Shown here: piece after piece, positions 20,188 through 32,699 of the stretch
Layout: each line of letters starts with the position of its first letter
Position numbering within the stretch: position 1 is the stretch's first letter
Source: an uncultured Pseudobdellovibrionaceae bacterium
Lineage (GTDB): Bacteria; Bdellovibrionota_B; Oligoflexia; Oligoflexales; Bog-1112
DNA: 64,000 nucleotides
Reading direction: 5' to 3'
Assembly: GCA_964635325.1 (NCBI GenBank)
Contig: CAZWOL010000001.1
Location: 11,935 to 75,934 of the forward strand
Notes under the pieces: model-generated
Told to the model about the DNA's origin: nothing
Databases searched by the model: none
The model's input: only the letters and a program-made list of their open reading frames with translations
Program-made: the position numbers and the translations under genes

Positions 20188-20221
20188 TTTTAATTATAAT
20201 TTATATATTTAATTAAAAAAT
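20188..20221. other. Candidate DNA unwinding element (34 bp of A/T only)
   Basis: ttttaattataatttatatatttaattaaaaaat, flanked by the inverted repeat CTACTAC (20179-20185) / GTAGTAG (20223-20229) and a degenerate DnaA box TGTGGAAAA (20237-20245). Confidence 0.5.
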
Positions 20222-20266
20222 CGTAGTAGTAATGGGTGTGGAAAAAGTCCAGACGAGGAATTAGTG

Positions 20267-21406
20267 ATGAAAATAATTATCGATAGAGATGTTTTAGCTA
20301 CGATGACAAGTCGGACTCATGGTGGTCTCTGTGATAAGAATTTTTCACAATTAGGATTGCAAACATTTGGCAATAACAAAATCAAACTATCATTCAAAGA
20401 TCGCATCATGGCAGTTTACTGTGATGGCCCAAGTGAAAACGAAGGTGAAGGGACGATTTTTGTACATGCCAAATTATTTTCCGATATGGTTCGTGAATTG
20501 CCTTCAGGAAACGTGAAAATTTCTCTCGTTGATAACACACACATTGTGGTGACTGCAGGTAAGAAAAACGAATTTGTAATGAAACTTCCTCTCATCGAAG
20601 ATTCAAAGTGGCAAAAAGAACCTGATGTTGGTGTGAGTGACGAAGCAAATATCCCAAGTGCAAAACTCTCATACATGATCGAACAGGTTCAGTTTTGCAT
20701 AAATCAAGAATCTCCACGGAATTACGGAACGGTTGGATTTCTCCATCGTCCATCAAACAACAAACTTCGTCTAGTCGGCACCGACGGGTTTCGGTTATCG
20801 TTTTGTGAAATTGAACTTGAATCAGGACGTCTTTCAGAAAAATTTTTGCAAGAAAGTGGTGTCTGTATTTCGAAACGTGGGCTCACTGAATTATGGCGGA
20901 TGAGCAACGAAGGTTTTGAATCGGTCCGTATTTCTGTCTCTGAGGATGCTAAAACCATTTCAGCGTGCGTAGACGGTTATAAACTTTATATTTTGCTTTC
21001 AACGTTAAACTTTCCTAACTATCAGGGAGTTGTCCCTGACTATAAACCCTCAGCGTTAGACATTTCATGTCAGGATCTCCAGGGAGTTATTCGACGCGTA
21101 CTCCTGGCATCTGATAAAAATCGAACGTTGAAAATGAGTTTGAAAAAAGGACTACTAACTTTGTCTTCTCGAAACGTAGGCAACTTCGAGGGGCAAGAGT
21201 CAATAGGTCTTGATGACTATGATGGTCCGACTGGAAATCTTTCGATCAACGGTAAGTTTCTAACGGATGTAATTTCTGCTACAACAAGTGAATCCGTCAA
21301 TATTCGATTTGATAACGACGACAGTCCAGTTTTGGTTATTCCGAAACTGGAGCCAAAAGAGTGTCGTTCAGAGCATGTGTTGGTTCCGATCAAAGAAGGG
21401 CACTAA
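20267..21406 (+). CDS. dnaN: DNA polymerase III beta sliding clamp
   Basis: About 380 aa with a three-domain clamp pattern (LVGTDGFRLS). The ATG at 20267 lies 6 nt after GAGGAA; the ORF track starts at the GTG at 20264. Confidence 0.95.
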   Translation: MKIIIDRDVLATMTSRTHGGLCDKNFSQLGLQTFGNNKIKLSFKDRIMAVYCDGPSENEGEGTIFVHAKLFSDMVRELPSGNVKISLVDNTHIVVTAGKKNEFVMKLPLIEDSKWQKEPDVGVSDEANIPSAKLSYMIEQVQFCINQESPRNYGTVGFLHRPSNNKLRLVGTDGFRLSFCEIELESGRLSEKFLQESGVCISKRGLTELWRMSNEGFESVRISVSEDAKTISACVDGYKLYILLSTLNFPNYQGVVPDYKPSALDISCQDLQGVIRRVLLASDKNRTLKMSLKKGLLTLSSRNVGNFEGQESIGLDDYDGPTGNLSINGKFLTDVISATTSESVNIRFDNDDSPVLVIPKLEPKECRSEHVLVPIKEGH

Positions 21407-21429
21407 GACCAAAACCTTGTTGCACCTGA

Positions 21430-23937
<2,508 letters not shown>

Positions 23938-23948
23938 TCGAGGATGCC

Positions 23949-26411
23949 ATGGCTGATCAAACGGATATAGTTCCGATTAATATTGAATCAGAAATGAAAA
24001 ATTCATTTCTAGATTATTCGATGAGTGTAATCGTCGCAAGAGCACTCCCTGATGTTCGTGATGGGCTTAAGCCAGTTCATCGACGCATTCTTTTTGCGAT
24101 GCAAAAATTAAAAAACTTCCACAACAAACCCTACTTGAAGTCTGCTCGTATCGTAGGGGATGTAATCGGTAAGTATCATCCTCACGGAGACAATCCAGTC
24201 TACGAATCTATGGTTCGGATGGCACAAGACTTTTCGCTACGCTATCCTCTGATTGATGGCCAAGGTAACTTTGGTTCGGTGGATGGAGACAGCGCAGCTG
24301 CTATGCGTTACACAGAGTCTCGTATGCACGAGCTCAGTGAATTTTTACTCATGGACCTCGAGAAGGAAACGGTTAATTTCGTGCCCAACTATGATGGGAG
24401 TGAAATCGAACCTGTTGTATTGCCATCTCGTGTTCCTCAGCTTCTGATCAACGGATCTTCAGGTATTGCAGTTGGTATGGCAACGAACATTCCACCGCAT
24501 AATCTTGGTGAAGTTCTTGCCGCAGTTGAGGCTTATGTTCGCAACAACGACATAAAACTCGAAGAGCTAATGCAAATCATAAAAGGACCAGATTTTCCGA
24601 CAGCTGGTGAGATTCATGGGTTGCAAGGAATTCGGGATGCATATGCGACCGGACGTGGTTCGTTGTTGATTCGTGCAAAAGCAGATATTGAGACCCTTGC
24701 AAATGGTCGTCAGAAAATTGTCATAAGTGAAATTCCATATCAGGTTAATAAGGCTAGACTGATCGAGAAAATCGCAGAGCTTGTCGGTCAAAAAAAGATT
24801 GAAGGCATATCTGATATTCGAGATGAATCTGCAAAAAATGAAATTCGTGTTGTTATTGAGGTGAGAAGAGGAGAGTCCGCAGAAGTTCTTCTTAATAATC
24901 TCTATAAACTCACACAGCTTCAAACGTCTTTTGGGATGAACCTGGTTGCACTTGTAAGGGGAGTTCCAAAGCTTTTAAGCTTGCGTGAACTGATCGCTGA
25001 ATTCTCTCAGCATCGACGAGAAGTTGTGCTGCGACGCACAGCGTTTCTCTTGCGTAAGTGTGAAGATCGAGCTCATCTTCTCTTGGGTCTTAAAATAGCA
25101 GTTGAGAATGCTGATGATGTTGTTGAGCTCATTAAAAGCTCTAAAGATCCGCTTATTGCTCTCGAGAAACTAATGACATCCTACAAGCTTTCCGAAGTTC
25201 AAGCGAAAGCTATTTTGGATATGAAGTTAGTCCGTTTAACAAATATGGAACGGGGTAAGATAGCGGTTGATTTCGAAGAGGTGATGAAAGAAATCAGTAC
25301 ATTGAAGCTGATTTTAAGCGACGACAAGGAAGTAACGCGTATTATTCTTGAAGAACTTGCAGAAATTCAAACACGTTTTGCGGATAGTCGAAAAACGAAG
25401 CTGTTTCCAGCTGCAGCTGATGAATTTACGATGGAAAGTTTGATTGCAGACGAAGAGGTTGCGGTAACCATCACCCATGGTGGTTATGTGAAACGAACAG
25501 CGCTAACCGAAATCTCTGCTCAACGTCGTGGGGGCAAAGGTAAAAGTGGTATGCTCACAAAAGAAGAGGATTTTGTTAGAGATCTCTTCATCACCAGCAA
25601 CCACAAAGATTTGCTGTGTTTTACTGACAAGGGGCGCGTTTATAGCATCAAGGTTTACAAAATTCCTGAAGCGGCTCTGCGCGCAAGAGGAACACACTTT
25701 GCAAATCTTATTAGCTTTGAAAAAGACGAGCGAGTCGTATCGACGTTGACAGTGGGTGAGTATCGCAGCGATGCCTTTGTGTTTTCGATGACACGTGGTG
25801 GTTACATCAAGAAGACAGAGCTGCAGGCCTATGCAAATGTTAGATCAACAGGAATTATAGGTCTAAAATTAGACGAGGGTGACTCTCTTGTTGATTGTGT
25901 AATGGGCACTGATAAAGATGAGATTTTAATAGCAACACGAACAGGTAAGGCTATTCGTTTTAAAGCAGACGAAGTTAGGACCGTCGGACGTGTTTCGAGA
26001 GGTGTCACAGGCATGCGTTTCTCGACCTCAGATGATGGGGTTGTTGGGATTGAAGTCTTGCAAGTTAATACCAAATCTTCCATCCTGTCTGTTTGTGAAC
26101 GAGGATACGGAAAACGCTCGAATCTAGATGAGTATCGACTCCAAACCCGAGGGGGTAAGGGGATATTTACCATCAAAGTAACAGAGCGTAATGGTCCCGT
26201 TGTTGGAATTAGTCAGGTCAGTGAAGATGATCAGGTTGTGCTGATGACATCCTCTGGAAAAGTTGTTCGTTTCAACGTTAGTGAGATGGGTGTTATCGGT
26301 CGGCATACTCAGGGCGTTCGTTTGATCAACATCGATGATGATGAAAAAGTCGTCGGCATTGAGAAGGTGGCCAAAGAAAGTGATGTCGAAACAGCGGAGC
26401 TTCCAGTCTAA
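23949..26411 (+). CDS. gyrA: DNA gyrase subunit A
   Basis: QRDR region [24 protein letters not shown], the catalytic AAMRYTE tyrosine, and C-terminal beta-pinwheel repeats. Confidence 0.98.
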   Translation: MADQTDIVPINIESEMKNSFLDYSMSVIVARALPDVRDGLKPVHRRILFAMQKLKNFHNKPYLKSARIVGDVIGKYHPHGDNPVYESMVRMAQDFSLRYPLIDGQGNFGSVDGDSAAAMRYTESRMHELSEFLLMDLEKETVNFVPNYDGSEIEPVVLPSRVPQLLINGSSGIAVGMATNIPPHNLGEVLAAVEAYVRNNDIKLEELMQIIKGPDFPTAGEIHGLQGIRDAYATGRGSLLIRAKADIETLANGRQKIVISEIPYQVNKARLIEKIAELVGQKKIEGISDIRDESAKNEIRVVIEVRRGESAEVLLNNLYKLTQLQTSFGMNLVALVRGVPKLLSLRELIAEFSQHRREVVLRRTAFLLRKCEDRAHLLLGLKIAVENADDVVELIKSSKDPLIALEKLMTSYKLSEVQAKAILDMKLVRLTNMERGKIAVDFEEVMKEISTLKLILSDDKEVTRIILEELAEIQTRFADSRKTKLFPAAADEFTMESLIADEEVAVTITHGGYVKRTALTEISAQRRGGKGKSGMLTKEEDFVRDLFITSNHKDLLCFTDKGRVYSIKVYKIPEAALRARGTHFANLISFEKDERVVSTLTVGEYRSDAFVFSMTRGGYIKKTELQAYANVRSTGIIGLKLDEGDSLVDCVMGTDKDEILIATRTGKAIRFKADEVRTVGRVSRGVTGMRFSTSDDGVVGIEVLQVNTKSSILSVCERGYGKRSNLDEYRLQTRGGKGIFTIKVTERNGPVVGISQVSEDDQVVLMTSSGKVVRFNVSEMGVIGRHTQGVRLINIDDDEKVVGIEKVAKESDVETAELPV

Positions 26412-27498
26412 TCTTCCAAGCCTTAATGCAAAGTTGAAAGGGCTCTTTGAGCCCTTTTTTCAAAAGGATCAACTAACACATGTAGCTGTAATATGTGGGA
26501 GTTTGCGAGATCCGAATTTGTTCTTTAATTTTCAGCAACCTGTTGGAAATTTTGTTTTCGACCTAGCAAGCTTAACCAAAGTTCTTGTCACGTCACCTCT
26601 TGTATGCAATTCTTTATCTCACTCTAGATCCTTGCTTGAACAGCCAATGCAGGCAGTCTGGTCTGTTGAATCTCCGACTTTACGTGAAGAGCTTCGTTCT
26701 ATTTTGGTTTCTTCTTTGATTCATCACACCTCAGGGTTGCCAGCATGGAGGAATTTCTGGATACCTCGTATTCACGAGTCCTTTAGACAAGACTCTGTAG
26801 ATCGCAAACAAAGAGCGGACTTGTTTTTTCAGAGAGTGAATACCTGGTCGAAGGAGCAATTTAAAAACTCAGGCTATCTATATAGTGATATTGGATATCT
26901 TCTTTTGGGGTGTTGGCTTGAACAGAGCTATCGATCTGATCTATCGCAAATCTTCAAACATTTTTGTCAGAACGCTCTAGGATTAGACCGTAATCTTTTG
27001 TTTTTTCCTGCATCAGAGCCAGGCTTATCGAGTGAGTTTGTTCCCACAGCCTATTGTCCTTTGCGTAAGCGTCGATTGATTGGAGAGGTTCATGATGAAA
27101 ATGCCTTTTCGTTGGGTGGGGTCTGTGGTCACGCAGGTTTATTTGGAAGTGCACAGGCACTGACTTCATTTCTTTTAGCGTATTTTAGAGGCAAGTTTGG
27201 TCAGCTTATCCTTAGCTCTTCAGTAATTGAAAAAGATGTTCCGCTCGAATCTACAGGTGCTAGTGTTATGGGGTGGCATCGATCATCATTTTCTTTTGCT
27301 CCCAAGGAACCATTGATCAAACACTTAGGGTTCACAGGTACGGGGATTTGGATTCTGCCAAAACGTCAAATGTATATTTTGATTCTAACCAATAGAGTTT
27401 ACAGCTCACGTTTGGGACCATGGATTCAACCATTGCGAGAGGATGTGTGTAGGCTTTTGGCACAGCATTTGGATCTGTTAGAAGCAGAGAGAAGATAA
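26383..27498 (+). CDS. Serine hydrolase, beta-lactamase/PBP (class C-like) family
   Basis: The S-x-x-K motif ASLTKV lies in the expected context (VAVICG ... FDLASLTK), with a Y-x-N-like YSD and a late HLGFTG (KTG-like) motif. The start is uncertain: the ORF begins at 26335 and the ATG at 26383 was chosen. Confidence 0.65.
   Translation: MSKQRSFQSNLPSLNAKLKGLFEPFFQKDQLTHVAVICGSLRDPNLFFNFQQPVGNFVFDLASLTKVLVTSPLVCNSLSHSRSLLEQPMQAVWSVESPTLREELRSILVSSLIHHTSGLPAWRNFWIPRIHESFRQDSVDRKQRADLFFQRVNTWSKEQFKNSGYLYSDIGYLLLGCWLEQSYRSDLSQIFKHFCQNALGLDRNLLFFPASEPGLSSEFVPTAYCPLRKRRLIGEVHDENAFSLGGVCGHAGLFGSAQALTSFLLAYFRGKFGQLILSSSVIEKDVPLESTGASVMGWHRSSFSFAPKEPLIKHLGFTGTGIWILPKRQMYILILTNRVYSSRLGPWIQPLREDVCRLLAQHLDLLEAERR
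26437..26460 (+). terminator. Intrinsic terminator-like hairpin downstream of gyrA
   Basis: aaaGGGCTC-ttt-GAGCCCtttttt: a 6-9 bp stem, 3-nt loop and T6 tract, starting 26 nt after the gyrA stop. Confidence 0.55.
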
Positions 27499-27504
27499 TA
27501 TTTT

Positions 27505-28560
27505 TTAGAATTCGAAGTAAAACCCAACAACAAGGTCAACAGCAAGGGATTGTTTTTTATGGGCCAAGGCTTCTGTTGTGTCGGTTGTATCGTCAACCGG
27601 CACTTTTGTTCCTGTGGGCGCAGTTGCCCCGGCAACTAGGTCGGGAGCATTGGATACGGTGGTGGTTGGGCCCATTGCAACCAGAGGCACTAACAGATCG
27701 AATGCGGCGCTTAATCCGAAGCGTCCAAATGCGTATTTGTAAATAAAGGGAAGACGTAAAGAGACTATATTTAATTGAGATGTAGCTGAGTAGACGTCAA
27801 CTGCACCCGAACCGTTGTCGGAGCTTGCAGAAAGTTTAACAGAGTTCATGTCGAAGTCGAGGCCAGCAGCAAAGTTTACACCCCAGCGTTTGTAATAGAT
27901 GTAATCTAAGTAAAGGGCAAAATCTGTTGCAGAGAGTGATGTCGTCATCACATTGGACGTGGTGCCATCAGCGTCTGTAAGAATTGAAGATCCAGCAAAG
28001 AATCCAAATCGTAGGCCAAAAATGAGCCCCCAATTGAGCATTTCCATCTCAGCGCCAAAGCCAGGAGGAAGGAGCATAGAGGAGGCTGTCGAGTCGGCTT
28101 TCCAAAAGGAGGTATTTCCGGCAGTATCAGCAATATACTCAAGGTTGCCATAGCTTGCTGGCGTCATTGGAAGAAAATGCATATTAAGAGCCAAAGAGTA
28201 TTTGCGAGGTGGTATTTGAGGTTCGGGTTCTTTTTGTGAACCTACCTTTTTTTGTGTGGTCGAAGGGGTATTCGTTGTGTCACTGAGAGTGACTGTGTTG
28301 CCATTTTTTAGAGTGGCAGCAGCCTGTACCGGGACTCTGAGGTCGGCCTTGGTTTTGGTAGCCTTTGCAATCTTTCCACAGGTTAGCTTTTTTGCACCGT
28401 CGAAGATGCAGGCTGTTTTTCCTTTGCTGAAGCCAGACGCCTCGCCTTCATTGATAAGTATCGCGCCAGTTTTGGTGTTAATTTTGGTAATAGTAGCAGA
28501 GAATGCGGCAGACGGGAGAAGAACTGCAAAAGTTCCCAAATAAATCAAGACCCTGAGCAT
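27505..28560 (-). CDS. Putative outer-membrane beta-barrel protein
   Basis: Signal peptide MLRVLIYLGTFAVLLPSAAFSA, alternating amphipathic beta-strand pattern, and a C-terminal aromatic signature GFYFEF. There is no family assignment. Confidence 0.55.
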   Translation of the reverse strand: MLRVLIYLGTFAVLLPSAAFSATITKINTKTGAILINEGEASGFSKGKTACIFDGAKKLTCGKIAKATKTKADLRVPVQAAATLKNGNTVTLSDTTNTPSTTQKKVGSQKEPEPQIPPRKYSLALNMHFLPMTPASYGNLEYIADTAGNTSFWKADSTASSMLLPPGFGAEMEMLNWGLIFGLRFGFFAGSSILTDADGTTSNVMTTSLSATDFALYLDYIYYKRWGVNFAAGLDFDMNSVKLSASSDNGSGAVDVYSATSQLNIVSLRLPFIYKYAFGRFGLSAAFDLLVPLVAMGPTTTVSNAPDLVAGATAPTGTKVPVDDTTDTTEALAHKKQSLAVDLVVGFYFEF

Positions 28561-28761
28561 TGCTATGCTCCTTATAATGTTAGGTGCTGAATCTCGTTTA
28601 ATTTTATCAATTCGCAAGAGCCCAGTAAATGACCCCGCGAAAATTATGAATTCAGGTAGCTAGGTAAATCATGATTTGATAAAGGTAATGCTTTAATTTC
28701 TTATTAAATCTCACGCTTTTTATACAAAACAGCATCGACGCGGAGGCGCCAGGACCAGACC

Positions 28762-30390
28762 ATGTCTACTAAGAATCGCCATACAAAATTTATCTTTATT
28801 ACAGGTGGTGTCGTCTCTTCTCTCGGCAAAGGGATTATTTCTGCATGTACAGGAGCTTTGCTTGAAACGAGAGGCCTCAAAGTTGTTTTGAGTAAGGCAG
28901 ATCCGTATATCAATATCGACCCAGGAACAATGAGTCCCATCCAGCATGGCGAGGTCTTCGTTACTAAAGATGGCGCAGAAACGGACCTTGATATTGGTCA
29001 CTATGAACGCTTCACACGTGCATCTTTGAATCGCTTTAACAGCTTTTCTGCGGGCAAAGTCTATGATGAGGTTCTGTCTAGAGAGCGTAAAGGAGATTAC
29101 CTCGGAACAACAGTTCAGGTCGTTCCCCATATCACAGACCAAATCAAAGCTAATATTTTCAAGGCCTCCGAGGGGGCTGACATATCCATTGTTGAAATTG
29201 GTGGAACAGTAGGGGACATAGAAAGTCTTCCCTTTCTCGAAACTATTCGACAAATTCGCTATGAGTTGGGGCGCGAGAGCGTTTTGACCATTCATTTAAC
29301 GCTGGTTCCATACATTGCAGCAGCGCGTGAGTTGAAGACAAAACCAACTCAGCATTCTGTTAAGGAGCTCCGCTCTATAGGTATTCAGCCTGATATTTTG
29401 ATTTGTCGAGCGGATAGGGAAGTTCCAGAAGAGCTTCGTCGAAAAATCGCAGTCTTTTGCAACGTAAAAAGCAACCATGTTTTTGAAGCCAGAGATGTCG
29501 AAAGCATTTACCAGTTGCCGCTCATTTTGCATGAGCAAGGCCTTGATCAGATCATTGTTGATGATTTGAATATTTGGACGCGCAAGCCTGATTTAAAAGA
29601 TTGGGCTATGATTGGAGAAAGACTTAAAAACCCGCATAAATCATGTGTTATTGGGGTCGTTGGTAAGTACACCGATGTTGTGGATGCTTATAAATCGATC
29701 AGTGAAGCTCTCGTGCATGCAGGGATTGCAAATGACGCTAAAGTTAGCGTTGAGTTTATAGATGCTGAGCGTCTTGATATTGATAACGTCGAAGAGATTT
29801 TAGCTGGCTTTGATGGCATCATCATTCCTGGTGGTTTTGGTGAACGTGGCGTTGAGGGTATGATCCTAGCTATTTCCTATGCGCGTAAGCGTGGAATACC
29901 ATTCCTTGGTATTTGTTTGGGAATGCAGCTTGCTCTTGTTGAATTTGCTAGACATGTTGTTGGTTTAGCAGAGGCGCATAGCTCTGAATTTCAGCCCACA
30001 AGTCCTCATCCTGTCATTCATTTGATGGAGTCCCAAGCTCAAGTGACTGAAAAAGGTGGAACAATGCGACTTGGGGAGTATCCATGTCATCTGAAGATGG
30101 ATACGAAGGTGCAAAAAAGTTACGCAAAGAAAAATATCAGCGAGCGTCATCGACATCGCTTTGAGTTTAATAATGCTTATAAACAAATGTTTGAAGAGCA
30201 TGGAATTATTTTTAGCGGGGTCTATCTTGAGGGAAATCTCGTTGAAATTGTAGAATTGAAAGACCATCCTTGGTTTGTGGGTTGCCAATTTCATCCAGAA
30301 CTCAAGAGCCGCCCAATGGAGGCTCATCCGCTTTTCAACCATCTTGTAAAATCAGCGATTGAGCAAAAGCGTTCTAATGAAAAGGTCTAG
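28762..30390 (+). CDS. pyrG: CTP synthase
   Basis: N-terminal KFIFITGGVVSSLGKG, a C-terminal GATase domain with GICLGMQ (catalytic Cys) and the HRHRFEFN motif. Confidence 0.97.
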   Translation: MSTKNRHTKFIFITGGVVSSLGKGIISACTGALLETRGLKVVLSKADPYINIDPGTMSPIQHGEVFVTKDGAETDLDIGHYERFTRASLNRFNSFSAGKVYDEVLSRERKGDYLGTTVQVVPHITDQIKANIFKASEGADISIVEIGGTVGDIESLPFLETIRQIRYELGRESVLTIHLTLVPYIAAARELKTKPTQHSVKELRSIGIQPDILICRADREVPEELRRKIAVFCNVKSNHVFEARDVESIYQLPLILHEQGLDQIIVDDLNIWTRKPDLKDWAMIGERLKNPHKSCVIGVVGKYTDVVDAYKSISEALVHAGIANDAKVSVEFIDAERLDIDNVEEILAGFDGIIIPGGFGERGVEGMILAISYARKRGIPFLGICLGMQLALVEFARHVVGLAEAHSSEFQPTSPHPVIHLMESQAQVTEKGGTMRLGEYPCHLKMDTKVQKSYAKKNISERHRHRFEFNNAYKQMFEEHGIIFSGVYLEGNLVEIVELKDHPWFVGCQFHPELKSRPMEAHPLFNHLVKSAIEQKRSNEKV

Positions 30391-30393
30391 TGG

Positions 30394-31368
30394 ATGCATA
30401 AAAAAGAAGAACTGATCAAGTGGGGACGACAAGTTCTATATACTGAAAGCGATTCGGTTCGAATGGCTGCAGATCGCTTGGGAGACTCTTTTTTTAATGC
30501 CTTCAAAATACTTTTCGAGTCTCAGGGTAAAGTTGTGCTTACTGGGCTCGGAAAGTCAGGACATATCGCACAAAAAATCGCATCAACGATGTCAAGCACG
30601 GGTACCCCAGCTTTTTTTGTGCACCCGTCTGAGGCTCTGCATGGTGATTTTGGTATGATGTCGACTGGAGATTGTCTGCTAGCACTCTCTTTGGGGGGTG
30701 AAACACGTGAAGTGATGGCAATGGTCAAATATGCGCGTGAGCTAGCTATCCCTGTCATTGCGATAACAGGCAAGATGCAATCCAGCCTAGCTAAGTTAGC
30801 AGATTGTGTCATCGATGGTTCGGTCGTTAAAGAAGCAGACACTCTAGGGTTGGCGCCTACATCCTCATCGACAGTTGCACTTGCAATCGGTGATGCTTTA
30901 GCTGTTGTGACAATGCGAGCTAAAGGGTTCACACGAGAAAAATTTGCGAATCTGCATCCTGGTGGAAGCTTGGGTCGCGACCTAGCTCAGATTCAAGATT
31001 TGATGCGCTCAGTGGATGAAATTGGTGTACTTCCACAAAATGCACGTTTTGAAGATCTCATCGACGGAATGACGCGTTTTAATTTCGGTATTGTAGCAAT
31101 AGTTGACAAGCATGGGCATCTGATGGGCTGTATCTCTGATGGTGACCTAAGGCGCAGCTTGCGTCGTTTCGGAGCATCCGCTTTGGAGATGGCTGTTAGT
31201 GACATTATGTCGGTACAACCAAAAACGATAGAGCTAACCGCAAAAGCAGTTGAAGCGATCAGTGCAATGGAGAAGCATCAAATAACGAGTCTTTTTGTTT
31301 GCTCTGATGCAGGAAAGTTGCTTGGATTAGTCCGGTTGCATGATCTCATTTCTGCTAAGATTATATAA
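30394..31368 (+). CDS. kdsD: Arabinose-5-phosphate isomerase (KpsF/GutQ/KdsD family)
   Basis: SIS domain (GLGKSGHIAQKIASTMSSTGTPAFF) plus tandem CBS domains. It lies upstream of lptC-lptA-lptB. Confidence 0.85.
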   Translation: MHKKEELIKWGRQVLYTESDSVRMAADRLGDSFFNAFKILFESQGKVVLTGLGKSGHIAQKIASTMSSTGTPAFFVHPSEALHGDFGMMSTGDCLLALSLGGETREVMAMVKYARELAIPVIAITGKMQSSLAKLADCVIDGSVVKEADTLGLAPTSSSTVALAIGDALAVVTMRAKGFTREKFANLHPGGSLGRDLAQIQDLMRSVDEIGVLPQNARFEDLIDGMTRFNFGIVAIVDKHGHLMGCISDGDLRRSLRRFGASALEMAVSDIMSVQPKTIELTAKAVEAISAMEKHQITSLFVCSDAGKLLGLVRLHDLISAKII

Positions 31369-31410
31369 AACTTAAATTAGCCCACCTGGCGTCGTGTTGG
31401 CAGTCTGAGT

Positions 31411-32022
31411 TTGGCAGGAATAGCTGGAGGAATCATTTTGGCGCGGATAGCTGTCCTCAGTACTTTTGTAATTCTTCTTTTTTCTGCCCTCTTTCTCTAC
31501 ATGCAAAGAGATGGACAGATTCCTCTGCAAGTTCCTAATAAATCCTATCTAACACTCTTTAATTTTAAACTAAATAAGTATCAAAACGATAAAGTCATAA
31601 AGCATTTAGAGGGCAAGAATGCAGCTCTAACAGCAGTCAATCTCATTGAATTTACAGATCGAGTAAGAGGGTGGCGGTATTCAAAGAATAATCCTAAACA
31701 AAAGGATGAACTCGAAGCAGCTTTTGTCCGAGCTCATCTAGATTCGCGCAGCTTAGAAGACTTTCAGCGCCCGGTGAAAGTTACAGATGCTTTTTTTGGT
31801 GGAGGCGTTTCTTTACGGCATGAAGATCTTGCAATCTCTACCCAGGAGGCTCATTATTTGGGTAGTGAGAAAAATATTTTAACAGGAAATAAGCCTGTTC
31901 ATGCGGTTCGAGCGACGCAATTTGTGGAAAGCGAAAGCGGTTTTCGTATTCATCTGAATGATGATTCGATGGAGCTTCTCGGAAAAGTCAGGGGAGTAAT
32001 CAATCCAAATGATGCGAAATAA
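31411..32022 (+). CDS. lptC: LptC-like LPS export protein
   Basis: TTG start, an N-terminal TM anchor and a soluble domain of about 170 aa. Assigned mainly by synteny (kdsD-lptC-lptA-lptB). Confidence 0.5.
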   Translation: MAGIAGGIILARIAVLSTFVILLFSALFLYMQRDGQIPLQVPNKSYLTLFNFKLNKYQNDKVIKHLEGKNAALTAVNLIEFTDRVRGWRYSKNNPKQKDELEAAFVRAHLDSRSLEDFQRPVKVTDAFFGGGVSLRHEDLAISTQEAHYLGSEKNILTGNKPVHAVRATQFVESESGFRIHLNDDSMELLGKVRGVINPNDAK

Positions 32023-32689
32023 AATCCTAATCATTTTAGTATTTTTTTCTTTAGGTTTGAATAGTTACGCAGATCTTCTCGATTCATTTGACGATAATTC
32101 TAAGAATTTGGATGAAGAGATTTTGCCAAATGTGAATGAACAGATTGAAGTTCAACCTTCACCGAAGAATACAAAGGCTGTTTATGAGAAAGAATCGAAT
32201 AAACAGCATGATCCTGGTTTGGTTAATAGCTCACATGTTTCAGAAAAAAAAGCAGCAAAAAATAAGAGTGAGAAAGCGAAAGCTAAAAATGGAGAGAAAC
32301 GTCCTCCCGTCCACTTTAAAAGTTTAGGACTCACAGGGGATAAAGATAAAAATGAGTTTCAATTACATAAGGACGTTTTAGTAACTCAAGGTGATCTGCG
32401 ATTGGAATCAAATGAAGCTCGTGTTCTTTTGAATGATGGATCAAGAGAGGTTGACAAAGTTTTTGCTGAGGGCAATGTAAAAATTGTCAAGAAAGATGAG
32501 TCTTCCGGAAAACTCATACGGGCTAATGGAGACAAAGCTGATTTTGATAATGGGAGACAAGAAATCACTCTTCGAGGCAATGCTCATATTCACAAGGGTG
32601 ATGATGTCATCAGTGGCAGCCTGGTTACATATAATTTGAAAACAGGGATCATTAAGGTCGAAAAAGTGAAGGGAATTGTTAGTCCATGA
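32009..32689 (+). CDS. lptA: LptA/OstA-family periplasmic LPS transport protein
   Basis: Signal peptide followed by OstA-like repeats (L.SNEA.V ... A.GNVKI ... A.GDKA.FD ... I.L.GNA.I). It sits upstream of lptB. Confidence 0.7.
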   Translation: MMRNKILIILVFFSLGLNSYADLLDSFDDNSKNLDEEILPNVNEQIEVQPSPKNTKAVYEKESNKQHDPGLVNSSHVSEKKAAKNKSEKAKAKNGEKRPPVHFKSLGLTGDKDKNEFQLHKDVLVTQGDLRLESNEARVLLNDGSREVDKVFAEGNVKIVKKDESSGKLIRANGDKADFDNGRQEITLRGNAHIHKGDDVISGSLVTYNLKTGIIKVEKVKGIVSP

Positions 32690-32699
32690 AGCGTGTCTC

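Larger units (their letters stand above)
19970..20263. other. oriC: Chromosomal replication origin oriC (dnaA-dnaN intergenic region)
   Basis: Nine perfect and at least two near-consensus DnaA boxes, followed by a 34-bp pure A/T block, in the classic dnaA-dnaN location. Flanking gene orientation diverges at this point. Confidence 0.75.

Noticed and set aside
20006-20212. 68-aa ORF (MDNFAQEIH...VIHRLSTGYPQVIHRVIHRK) in the dnaA-dnaN spacer
   Set aside because: Its reading frame is a by-product of the tandem TTATCCACAGG DnaA-box units, which yield the repeating VIHR peptide. It also runs through the A/T-rich unwinding region. It is not a gene.
28720-29295. 191-aa ORF antisense to pyrG. The same applies to 12216-12779 antisense to atpA, 30522-30932 antisense to kdsD, 9963-10370 in an alternative frame of atpD, and 32441-32833 antisense to lptA/lptB.
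   Set aside because: All lie inside strongly conserved genes on the opposite strand or in another frame, and none shows a recognisable motif. They are typical shadow ORFs.
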